Shown: piece by piece, positions 41,241-49,439 of the stretch | Layout: each line of letters starts with the position of its first letter | Numbering within the stretch: position 1 is the first letter of the stretch | DNA from: Epilithonimonas sp. | Lineage (GTDB): Bacteria > Bacteroidota > Bacteroidia > Flavobacteriales > Weeksellaceae | Direction of reading: 5' to 3' | NCBI RefSeq assembly: GCF_036780765.1 | Contig: NZ_DAIQCG010000007.1 | Coordinates: forward strand, 55,217 to 119,216 | Length of the DNA: 64,000 nt | Notes under the pieces: generated by a model | What the model was told of the DNA's origin: nothing | The model's database searches: none | The model's input: only the letters and a program-made list of their open reading frames with translations | Program-made: the position numbers and the translations under genes

Positions 41241-42407
41241 TTATTCAAACATTTCTGCTAAACGAACCGCTTTGATTTTATCAGAATTATAAAGCTCTTC
41301 TACAGATTTTTTCTTTTCTAATTTAGGATAAAGATTTACACCAATGATTTTAATTTTTCCTTCTTCAACCCAACTCTGTTCTTTCACAGCTTGTTCGAAA
41401 ATCATATTCTGAATTTCTCCAGATTTTAGAAGTTCAAGATAACCACCCTTTTCTTCAATTTCAAGGAATAACTTCCAAGATTTTTCAGCGAATTGCTGCG
41501 TAATATCTTCCACGAAATAACTTCCGGAAGTTGCATCTTCAAAAACGTTGATAATACTTTCGTAAGCTAAAACAATCTGTTGTTTGAAAGAAATTTCTTT
41601 TGAAAGTTCTGACGAATCTTCAAATTTATAGTCATTAGAAAAAACTGCATCTGCACCTCCAATCATAGCCGAAGTTAATTCCAAAGTAGAACGTATCAGG
41701 TTATTATCTGCATCATTTTTAGCCTTATTTCTGAATGAAGTTTCAGCAAAAATGTAGGGAATCAAATCTTTTTCAAATTCTTTAGAAAACTGATTGAATA
41801 GATATTTGAAAGCTCTGATTTTAGCAATTTCGAAAAAATAATTAGAACCAATTGCAAATCGAAAAACCAATTTTTCAAGAATCTCCGGACCGAATTTTTC
41901 TACTAATTCCTTAGATTTCGCCAATGCAAAAGCCAATTGCTGAATGATAGAAGCACCAGCATTTTGATGCAAACTTACATCTACACAAATCTGTCTTTCA
42001 AAAGCTTTGGATAATAATTCGCCAGCTAAATGGTCATTGATTTTCGCATTTTCATCATCAGAAAAAACATCAATCAAAGAAAAATAACGATTACTTTCTT
42101 CTGTTAAAATATGTTCTGCTAAATCTGGATTATTGATGAAAATCGCTTTTTCTTCCAAGCCTTCCACATTCTCATTCAAACGAAAAGCGAAAGCCTGCTC
42201 TTCCAAACCATCTTGATATTCTGCAACAAGATGTGTACTTTCTTCAACTTTTGGAAGAATTTTTGTCTCCTGATTATTTTGATAATATGGTTTTACAGTG
42301 ATATTTTCCAGATTATCTTTAGAAAGAATTTCATAAATATTTTCTGTTTTGAGTTGCTTTTTGACAAGCTGTTCCCAATCTTCCAACGTATTTTCTATGA
42401 AACTCAT
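41241..42407 (-). CDS. Methylmalonyl-CoA mutase small-subunit-like protein
   Basis: 388 aa. The N-terminus (LEDWEQLVKKQLKTENIYEILSKDNLENITVKPYY) follows the MCM N-terminal pattern. No B12-binding domain and no adjacent large subunit. Confidence 0.55.
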   Translation of the reverse strand: MSFIENTLEDWEQLVKKQLKTENIYEILSKDNLENITVKPYYQNNQETKILPKVEESTHLVAEYQDGLEEQAFAFRLNENVEGLEEKAIFINNPDLAEHILTEESNRYFSLIDVFSDDENAKINDHLAGELLSKAFERQICVDVSLHQNAGASIIQQLAFALAKSKELVEKFGPEILEKLVFRFAIGSNYFFEIAKIRAFKYLFNQFSKEFEKDLIPYIFAETSFRNKAKNDADNNLIRSTLELTSAMIGGADAVFSNDYKFEDSSELSKEISFKQQIVLAYESIINVFEDATSGSYFVEDITQQFAEKSWKLFLEIEEKGGYLELLKSGEIQNMIFEQAVKEQSWVEEGKIKIIGVNLYPKLEKKKSVEELYNSDKIKAVRLAEMFE

Positions 42408-42412
42408 TTTGT

Positions 42413-42763
42413 TTATTTTTTTGCGATTTTAGAACTGTCAACTACCAATATGAAAATCTCTTCGTTCGGTTTTTTCATAAAGTAATTTTCACGGGCATAT
42501 TTTTCTTTTTCCTGCTTATTATTCATCAGTTTACGATAGAATTTGTCATTCTTTTCGTATTCTGTTTTATAGAATTCACGTTGGTTTTCGTAACGTCCAA
42601 TTTCGCCATTCAGTTCATTGATAACCAAAAAAGAAGTGCTGTCAAAAAATATCATCCAAACCAAAAATCCAACTAATGTCAACACATATTTATTGAACAC
42701 ATAAGTCTGGAAAAACTTAAGTGTCGGCGATTTTTTCTTGATATCTTTGATTAGTTCTTTCAT
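42413..42763 (-). CDS. Septum formation initiator (FtsB/DivIC-like) protein
   Basis: 116 aa. One N-terminal TM helix followed by a coiled-coil-type segment, in the conserved position next to udk. Confidence 0.55.
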   Translation of the reverse strand: MKELIKDIKKKSPTLKFFQTYVFNKYVLTLVGFLVWMIFFDSTSFLVINELNGEIGRYENQREFYKTEYEKNDKFYRKLMNNKQEKEKYARENYFMKKPNEEIFILVVDSSKIAKK

Positions 42764-42774
42764 CGTAAATAATA

Positions 42775-43392
42775 TTAATGAACTTTTTTAAGCGAATTGT
42801 TAATCACAGTCGTTAAGAAATCAATGGCTACAGAATTCTGTTTCATATTCGGAACAATCAAATCTGCTTCATTTTTAGAAGGTTCGATAAATTCTTGATG
42901 CATCGGCTTCAAAGTCGTCTGATATCTGTGTAAAACTTCCTGCAAATCTCTTCCTCTTTCTTGTGTATCTCTACGAATTCTTCGGATTAATCTTTCGTCT
43001 GAATCTGCGTGAACAAACACTTTTAGGTCAAATTCTTTCAATAATTCTTTGCTTGTCAAAACCAAAATCCCTTCTACAATCAAAACATTTCTTGGTTCCA
43101 CAGTAACGTGGTCGCCAGTTCTGGAATGCGTTACGAAAGAATAAATCGGCTGTTCTATGCTCTGATGATTTTTAAGGGCTTTAACGTGTTGCAACATCAA
43201 GTCAAAATCGATTGATTTTGGGTGGTCGTAATTAAGAACTTCTCTTTCTGACAAAGTCAAATTAGGATTGTCGTGGTAATAATTATCTTGAGAAAGCACG
43301 TTAACGCCTTCTAAGTTAAGTTGTTGAAGAATTTTATTAACAACAGTTGTTTTTCCGGAACCTGTTCCTCCGGCTATACCAATCACGAGCAT
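42775..43392 (-). CDS. udk: Uridine kinase
   Basis: 205 aa. P-loop GIAGGTGSGKTT and a typical Udk core (SQDNYYHD, YDHPKSIDFDL). Confidence 0.9.
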   Translation of the reverse strand: MLVIGIAGGTGSGKTTVVNKILQQLNLEGVNVLSQDNYYHDNPNLTLSEREVLNYDHPKSIDFDLMLQHVKALKNHQSIEQPIYSFVTHSRTGDHVTVEPRNVLIVEGILVLTSKELLKEFDLKVFVHADSDERLIRRIRRDTQERGRDLQEVLHRYQTTLKPMHQEFIEPSKNEADLIVPNMKQNSVAIDFLTTVINNSLKKVH

Positions 43393-43461
43393 CTCTACAT
43401 TTTTTACAAAAATACTATTATTTTTTTTTCAGAATCAAATAAAACTTAAAATTACTTGCAC

Positions 43462-43484
43462 AAAAAAAGCTGCAATTTGCAGCT
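43462..43484 (-). terminator. Intrinsic terminator
   Basis: Stem agctgca/tgcagct followed on the minus strand by a T-run. Confidence 0.6.
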
Positions 43485-43492
43485 TAATTATT

Positions 43493-43993
43493 TTATCTTC
43501 TTCCAGAATTTTCTCCCGAACGGACTTCTCTTTGAGGTTGAGCATCTTTTTGGGGAGCATTCCTCATATTATTTTGATTTCTTATTGACTGCTGAGTTCT
43601 CATATTACTCTGATTTCTAGTATTTGACTGCGTTCTCACATTATTTTGGTTTGAATTAATCATTCCACTATTTCTCTGACTTCTCACAGGCTGAATTCTA
43701 ATATTATCATTATGCATTGAGTTTCTTTTCGGCGAAATCACAATGTTATTTCGCAGTCTGGAATTTGATTTATAAATGGCTCCATTTCTGTAATAATTAT
43801 TGTTGTAATCTAAGTAAACAACGTTTGGCGCATACCAGTAACCATCAGGCGATTGATAATAACCGTCTCTGTAACCATCAGAATATCCCATAGAATAAGG
43901 GTCATTATTATAACTATATGAATCTGTCGCCGCGACACAAGAAACCATACTCATCGCAAAAGCAGCCAATATTATTTTGATTGAATTTTTCAT
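43493..43993 (-). CDS. Low-complexity lipoprotein (Tyr-rich N-terminal half, N/Q/R-repeat C-terminal half)
   Basis: 166 aa. Signal with Cys (SMVSCVAA). Degenerate repeats NVRTQSNTRNQSNMRTQQSIRNQNNMRN. Confidence 0.5.
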   Translation of the reverse strand: MKNSIKIILAAFAMSMVSCVAATDSYSYNNDPYSMGYSDGYRDGYYQSPDGYWYAPNVVYLDYNNNYYRNGAIYKSNSRLRNNIVISPKRNSMHNDNIRIQPVRSQRNSGMINSNQNNVRTQSNTRNQSNMRTQQSIRNQNNMRNAPQKDAQPQREVRSGENSGRR

Positions 43994-44095
43994 TTTCTTC
44001 GATTTTATAAGTTATACATTTTCAGTATCGACATATAAATTACAAAGAATCTGCCAAGATTGAAATCGAGAAAAGTGGATAGATAATCTAAAGAT

Positions 44096-44719
44096 TTATT
44101 CTTCAGGAGAAATTCCCAAAACATAATAGAAAACAGCCAAAACTCTGGCAAAAAACTCACGGGTGTGATTTCTGTAGAAGCTTTCATTTTTGCTGACATC
44201 CTGGGCGTCAAATCCAAGCGCATTCATCCCATTATTTCTTGCAAAAAATAAAGCTCTGAGGTTATGAAAACCTTGTGAAACGATAATCACATTTTTTTGA
44301 CCATAAACATTTTTACAACGTAAAATACTTTTATGGGTATTGAATCCTTTGGGGTCTTCAATAATAATATTTTCTGGAACGCCTTCGGTGTAAACCAAAA
44401 AACGTTTCATCGCAGCAGGCTCATCATAATTTTCACTTTTTTCGCCACTGACAATAATTTTTTTGATTTTTCCGTGATGATAAAGTGTTCCAACAGCATC
44501 CATCCTTGCGACAAAATAAGGATTTGCGATGCCAGAACGCATTTTCGGAGAAGTTCCCAGAACCAGAGCACAATCTCTTGATGGAACTTTGCTGATTTTC
44601 GTATAAGTTCTTCCACTTGTAAGAGCAAAAACCCAGAAGTTCGCTAAAATCAACAGCAAAATCCCTAGCTCTACAAGCCTGAAAATAATCTTCAGAAAAT
44701 TAGCAACCTTCTTCAACAT
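44096..44719 (-). CDS. SanA/YdcF (DUF218) family protein
   Basis: 207 aa. N-terminal TM helix plus a DUF218 core (CALVLGTSP..., IVSGEKSENYDEPAAM, IVSQGFHNLRA). Confidence 0.7.
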   Translation of the reverse strand: MLKKVANFLKIIFRLVELGILLLILANFWVFALTSGRTYTKISKVPSRDCALVLGTSPKMRSGIANPYFVARMDAVGTLYHHGKIKKIIVSGEKSENYDEPAAMKRFLVYTEGVPENIIIEDPKGFNTHKSILRCKNVYGQKNVIIVSQGFHNLRALFFARNNGMNALGFDAQDVSKNESFYRNHTREFFARVLAVFYYVLGISPEE

Positions 44720-45855
44720 TAGTTATACAAATCAAAATCTAAATATACATCTTTGCTCATTGCAATGGAAACACAAGGCAAAATTTTCCCCTGAAGTTTT
44801 TCATTTTCGGTCAAATATTCGTCTTCTGTCATATCCACTTCTCCATTTTTCAAATAACAAAGGCAGCTTCCACAAATCCCAGATTTGCAGGAATAAGGCA
44901 GTTTGTAACCTAAATCTAGTAATTGCTGAAGAATTTTTCGTTCATTATTTTTTAAAACAATTCCATCTTTTTCAATATGATTGAATTTGATTTTAACCTT
45001 TACATTTTCAATCAAAGGAAATTCTTTTTCGGTTGGATAAATATCATCATTAAAAGCTTCAAACAATTCAAAATGAATATTCTTTTTCGGGATTCCGTGG
45101 TTGTAACAAGCATTGGCGACGGATTTTATCATCGCACCTGGACCACAAATAAGGACTTTGTCTGTGCTATCCCAAATTGTAGATTCTTCATCATCTTCAT
45201 CGAGATGAAGAATTTGATTAATAATAAGAGAAATCTTCTTTTCGTCCAATCTTCCTTGAAACAATTGGTCTTTTATTTTTTCCTTAGATAAGAAATAAAA
45301 CACTTCGAATCTTCCTACGTTTTCTTTCTGCAAATCTTCCAATTCCTGTTTCAGAACAATATCTTCATAACGTTTGTTCCCATAAAAGAGGAAAATTCTA
45401 GTAAATTGTTCTTCGTTGAGAATGTTCTTAATATGACTAAAAAGCGGTGTAATTCCAATTCCGGAAGCAAACGCAAGAATTGTTCGTTTTTCATTAGGTC
45501 TCGATGGAATAAAAAATCTTCCCAAAGGTTCACTCACGGAAATCTCGTCATCAATATGATAATTCTGAAATAGAAAATTGGTGGAACTTTCGTCGCCATT
45601 AATTTTGATGGCCAAATCAATTTTATTTTCAAAAGGCGCAGATATAATAGAATAATCATTCTGAATTTCCTTTTCATTAAAATGATATTTCAACGTCACA
45701 TATTGCCCAGCCTGATAATTATATTGTGATTTTAATTCCTCAGGAATAGTCAATTCCAATGCAAAAGCATTTTTGGTAAGTTGCCGTTTTTTAGCTATTT
45801 TTAGCCTGTGAAACTGAGGTTGATTCGCGATTGTTAATTGATTCTCCATTGTCAA
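44719..45855 (-). CDS. FAD/NAD(P)-binding oxidoreductase with a C-terminal 2Fe-2S ferredoxin domain (PaaE / ferredoxin-reductase-like)
   Basis: 378 aa. GQYVTLKY...YSIIS flavin-binding pattern, a GSGITP-like FASGIGITP motif, and plant-type cluster Cys in CKSGICGSCLC...C. Its stop shares one base with the sanA-like start. Confidence 0.75.
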   Translation of the reverse strand: MTMENQLTIANQPQFHRLKIAKKRQLTKNAFALELTIPEELKSQYNYQAGQYVTLKYHFNEKEIQNDYSIISAPFENKIDLAIKINGDESSTNFLFQNYHIDDEISVSEPLGRFFIPSRPNEKRTILAFASGIGITPLFSHIKNILNEEQFTRIFLFYGNKRYEDIVLKQELEDLQKENVGRFEVFYFLSKEKIKDQLFQGRLDEKKISLIINQILHLDEDDEESTIWDSTDKVLICGPGAMIKSVANACYNHGIPKKNIHFELFEAFNDDIYPTEKEFPLIENVKVKIKFNHIEKDGIVLKNNERKILQQLLDLGYKLPYSCKSGICGSCLCYLKNGEVDMTEDEYLTENEKLQGKILPCVSIAMSKDVYLDFDLYN

Positions 45856-45935
45856 GTATCAAATTTAATGAAATTTGACAAAAGAAAAAATCTAAATAGC
45901 AAAGCTTGGTTTTCAATTTCAAATAAAATGAAACT

Positions 45936-46583
45936 ATGAGAAAATTCCTGATATATTCCGTTGTGTCACTCAGCTTTTTAGCTTGTAAAAAGAATGATGA
46001 AAAAGTTGTTGAAACTGAAGTAAAAGACTCTTTAACAGACAACTCTTTGAGCTTAGACACAAGTAGTAGCAATGGCAAACTTATTTCATTAAAGGAACTT
46101 TCTCCTGAAAAAATTACGGAAGTTTTAAAGTCCAATCATTCTGACACGCTTTATGTGACCAACTTCTTCGCGACTTGGTGTGGACCGTGTATGCAGGAGA
46201 TTCCGCATTTCAGAAAAAAAATGGATGAGTTAAAAAATCAACCTGTAAAATTCACATTTATAAGTCTTGATAACAAAACAGATTGGGAAACAAAAGTGAT
46301 TGATTTTGCTGATGAATACGAAATAAATCAGAACGTCATTCTTCTTGACGGAATGCTTTTGAAACAAGAGTTTTTCGCACAAAATTTCCAATCTTGGGAT
46401 GGAAGTGCTATTCCTTTTACTTTGATTAGAAAAGGTGATAAATCTGACGAAACCGTTGGTTCTATGAGCGAGGAAATGCTAAATCAGAAAATCGAAAAAC
46501 TATTGGCTCATAATTCCTCTGCAAAAGTTGCTGAGAATAAAGAAAAATCTGGAATCACTGGCCCGAAAAAATCTTTAAAATAA
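45936..46583 (+). CDS. Thioredoxin-fold (TlpA/ResA-like) lipoprotein
   Basis: 215 aa. Lipobox LSFLAC and active-site WCGPC. Confidence 0.75.
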   Translation: MRKFLIYSVVSLSFLACKKNDEKVVETEVKDSLTDNSLSLDTSSSNGKLISLKELSPEKITEVLKSNHSDTLYVTNFFATWCGPCMQEIPHFRKKMDELKNQPVKFTFISLDNKTDWETKVIDFADEYEINQNVILLDGMLLKQEFFAQNFQSWDGSAIPFTLIRKGDKSDETVGSMSEEMLNQKIEKLLAHNSSAKVAENKEKSGITGPKKSLK

Positions 46584-46595
46584 GAATTATTCTTG

Positions 46596-47558
46596 ATGAA
46601 ACGTTTTCCTCTTTTGGTAACATTGATAGTCGTTTTGGCGATTATTGCGTTTTTCATCAATCTTAATATTGGTTTTGCAAAACTGAATTTTTCTGATTTT
46701 TTAAATTCAGAATCAGATAATTTTCAGATTGCAGGATTTAGGATTAACCGCGCTTTAGCAATGCTTTTAGCTGGAATTGCAATCCCGACAAGTGGATTTC
46801 TTTTGCAGGAATATTTTAAGAATCCTTTGGCTGGTCCAGATGTTTTGGGAATCACTTCGGTTTCTAGTTTGTTTGTCGCATTTTATATTTTCTTTTCGCA
46901 AAATATTGTTATTCCTGATTTTTTTCAAAATAGCTTTATCAGTTTATCATCAATCATTGGAAGTATTGTTTTGATGATGATTTTGCTGTTATTTTCAAAC
47001 CGATTTAGGGATAAAAGTTTCATCATTATTTTCGGATTTTTGATTTCGGCTTTAGCTGGAGCTGTTGTTTCGTTTCTTCAGTTTTATGTGGAAAGTCAAA
47101 GTTTGAAAAATTATATGCTTTGGACTTTTGGAGCGAATAATCAAGCAAGTTTAATTCAAATTTCGATTCTTACAGTTTTAATCATTATTGGATTAATTTT
47201 TACTTTCAAATCTATAAAACCTCTAATTGGAAATGCTCTGGGAAGCGCTTATGCACAGAGTTTTGGAATCAGTCAATCGAAACTGAAAATCAGCATTATT
47301 GTAGCTTCTTCCCTACTTTCTGCTTCGGTTACGGCTTTTTTAGGGCCGATTTTATTTATTGGAGTTGTTGTTCCCCATTTTTGCAGAATGATTTGGAATC
47401 CTGCACAACTTTGGCATCAATGGATTCTGAACATGATTTTGGGTGTGTTTATATTGCAGGTTTTCTCGATTATTTCGGAACTGAGTCAATTTCCTATTAA
47501 TATCATCACAACATTCTTTGGAATTCCCGTGATATTGTTGATGTTGATGAAAAGGTAA
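46596..47558 (+). CDS. FecCD-family iron-complex ABC transporter permease
   Basis: About 320 aa, polytopic, with FecCD-like blocks (RINRALAMLLAGIAIPTSGFLLQ, GPDVLGI). The track start at 46593 is TTG; an ATG follows at 46596. Confidence 0.8.
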   Translation: MKRFPLLVTLIVVLAIIAFFINLNIGFAKLNFSDFLNSESDNFQIAGFRINRALAMLLAGIAIPTSGFLLQEYFKNPLAGPDVLGITSVSSLFVAFYIFFSQNIVIPDFFQNSFISLSSIIGSIVLMMILLLFSNRFRDKSFIIIFGFLISALAGAVVSFLQFYVESQSLKNYMLWTFGANNQASLIQISILTVLIIIGLIFTFKSIKPLIGNALGSAYAQSFGISQSKLKISIIVASSLLSASVTAFLGPILFIGVVVPHFCRMIWNPAQLWHQWILNMILGVFILQVFSIISELSQFPINIITTFFGIPVILLMLMKR

Positions 47559-47564
47559 TAAGTA

Positions 47565-47879
47565 ATGAAAAATATCAAAACATATAAAGGATTAATAATT
47601 ATAAATATTTTCTTATTTATTTTAAGTTTTTCTTTTATGGAATATTCTAATATATTTCGTCTTAATCAAGAAAAGCATTGGATTTATTCTACAGCTCATA
47701 ATTGGTATTTATTTTTTGCATTTCCAATATCAATGATTGGTTCTTTAGTATTAAGTATAATCACACTCATTAAAATTCAAAAACAAAAATACATTTGGTT
47801 ATTTTTAAGTTTAATTCCAATTATAATATTTCTTTTATTACCAAAGATTTTGATAATTTTAAATCTAAGAAATCCATAA
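47565..47879 (+). CDS. Small hydrophobic membrane protein, unknown family
   Basis: 104 aa with three predicted TM stretches. Extremely AT-rich and wedged between the permease and ATPase genes (gaps 6 and 7 nt). Confidence 0.45.
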   Translation: MKNIKTYKGLIIINIFLFILSFSFMEYSNIFRLNQEKHWIYSTAHNWYLFFAFPISMIGSLVLSIITLIKIQKQKYIWLFLSLIPIIIFLLLPKILIILNLRNP

Positions 47880-47886
47880 TCATAAA

Positions 47887-48831
47887 ATGAGTTTCCTTAA
47901 AATTAGTAATACAACAATCGGCTATTCAAATCCTTTGGTTTCGGAGATTGATTCGTCTTTGGAATTAGGCGAAGTTTGTTTGTTGATGGGAAATAATGGA
48001 ATCGGGAAAACGACTTTAATTAAAACTATTCTTGGACAAAACAAGCTTTTAAAAGGTGAAATTTCTATTAACGGAAAATCAATTAAAAAGCTGGATTCAA
48101 ATGAAATAGCATCTCAAATTGCCATTGTTTTTTCTAAAGCAGAAATTCCTGATAATTATACGGTCACAGATTTAATTTCGCTCGGTAAATACATTCATTA
48201 TCCTTATTATTTTAAATTGAATGAAACTGACAAACAGGAAGTTTCTGCTATTATAAACAAACTCAATCTATCAGAATATCAAAACAAAAAACTAACCGAA
48301 TTATCTGACGGAAATCTTCAAAAAGCTTTTATAGGAAGGGCTTTGGCTCAGAATTCTCCTTTTATTATTCTGGATGAACCAACCACACATTTGGATGAAG
48401 AAAATAAATTGATGATTCTCTCACTTCTAAGAAATCTCGCAAAATCAGAAAACAAACTGATTCTTTTTTCTTCTCACGATTGGCGATTAGCAAAAGAATT
48501 TGCCGATAAAATCTGGTGGATAAAGGACAAAAAACTCATCAGCGGAATTTCTGAAGAAGTCATTCTCAACAATCCCCAATTGATTATGCCAAAGATTTTA
48601 GAATTTAATCAAACCTTTCACGCTCCAGAAATTGATGCACCGAAATTGGAAAAAGAAATGATGTTTTCTTATCTCCAAAAAAACTTCTATCAAGATTTAC
48701 GAAAAATCAAATTGACGTTTAAAAATGATTTTTGGGAACTAAATTCGGAGGATTTTTATGATAATTGTCATAATTTATTCGAAATTAAACAGTCTCTGCA
48801 AACATTGATTAAAACAAGCAATTCTAACTAA
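47887..48831 (+). CDS. ABC transporter ATP-binding protein with a ~90-aa C-terminal extension
   Basis: Walker A GNNGIGKTT, signature LSDGNLQK, Walker B FIILDEPTTHLD. Confidence 0.85.
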   Translation: MSFLKISNTTIGYSNPLVSEIDSSLELGEVCLLMGNNGIGKTTLIKTILGQNKLLKGEISINGKSIKKLDSNEIASQIAIVFSKAEIPDNYTVTDLISLGKYIHYPYYFKLNETDKQEVSAIINKLNLSEYQNKKLTELSDGNLQKAFIGRALAQNSPFIILDEPTTHLDEENKLMILSLLRNLAKSENKLILFSSHDWRLAKEFADKIWWIKDKKLISGISEEVILNNPQLIMPKILEFNQTFHAPEIDAPKLEKEMMFSYLQKNFYQDLRKIKLTFKNDFWELNSEDFYDNCHNLFEIKQSLQTLIKTSNSN

Positions 48832-48913
48832 ATAGATTTTTATCAATTTTATTTAATAAGATTTGCATAATAATTAATCAATTGTAAATCAATAATTTAA
48901 ACAACCAAACAAC

Positions 48914-48939
48914 AAAATACTATGCATGCATAGTATTTT
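48914..48939. promoter_or_regulatory. Perfect palindrome (candidate MarR operator and/or terminator of the ABC operon)
   Basis: aaaatactatgcatgcatagtatttt is a perfect inverted repeat. It lies just upstream of a TAtaTTTG -7 box (48943-48950), which is 16 nt before the marR ATG. Confidence 0.5.
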
Positions 48940-48966
48940 TTTTATATTTGTAAAAAGCACTTCAAT

Positions 48967-49428
48967 ATGCTAGTTATGGAAAAGAAAAATTCAGAAAAAG
49001 TCGAAAGTGTTGACTTGATGTTAAAGTCGGCTTGGTTAGCGGTCTCGAAAATGTATTCGGATCAAGCTTCTCTGTACAATTCAACTGCAGTTCAAGCATT
49101 GACGTTACTTAAAATTGACCCAAAAGAAGGAACAAGAAGTACGAATCTTGGTCCCAAAATGGCGATTGAACCTACTTCTTTGACAAGAATCATCAAACTT
49201 CTCGAAGACAACGGTTATATCTACAAAGAAAAAACCACAACAGATAAACGAGAAGTGATTATAAAACTGACGGAAAAAGGAGTCAACTCCAGAAATCTAT
49301 CAAAAGAAGTTGTCGTTAATTTCAATAAAAAAGTAGTAGAAAGAATTGCTCCAGAGAAATTTGAAGTTTTCAAAGAAGTGATGACAGATATTCTAAAGAT
49401 TGCAAACGAACTAAATCATAAAAAATAA
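48967..49428 (+). CDS. MarR family transcriptional regulator
   Basis: 153 aa. Winged-HTH region (LGPKMAIEPTSLTRIIKLLEDNGYIYKEKTTTDKREVIIKLTEKG). Confidence 0.85.
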   Translation: MLVMEKKNSEKVESVDLMLKSAWLAVSKMYSDQASLYNSTAVQALTLLKIDPKEGTRSTNLGPKMAIEPTSLTRIIKLLEDNGYIYKEKTTTDKREVIIKLTEKGVNSRNLSKEVVVNFNKKVVERIAPEKFEVFKEVMTDILKIANELNHKK

Positions 49429-49439
49429 ATCTCATATAA

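Noticed and set aside
44005-44223. 72-aa ORF overlapping the 3' end of the SanA-like gene.
   Set aside because: It overlaps a supported gene in another frame and has a hydrophobic, junk-like sequence.
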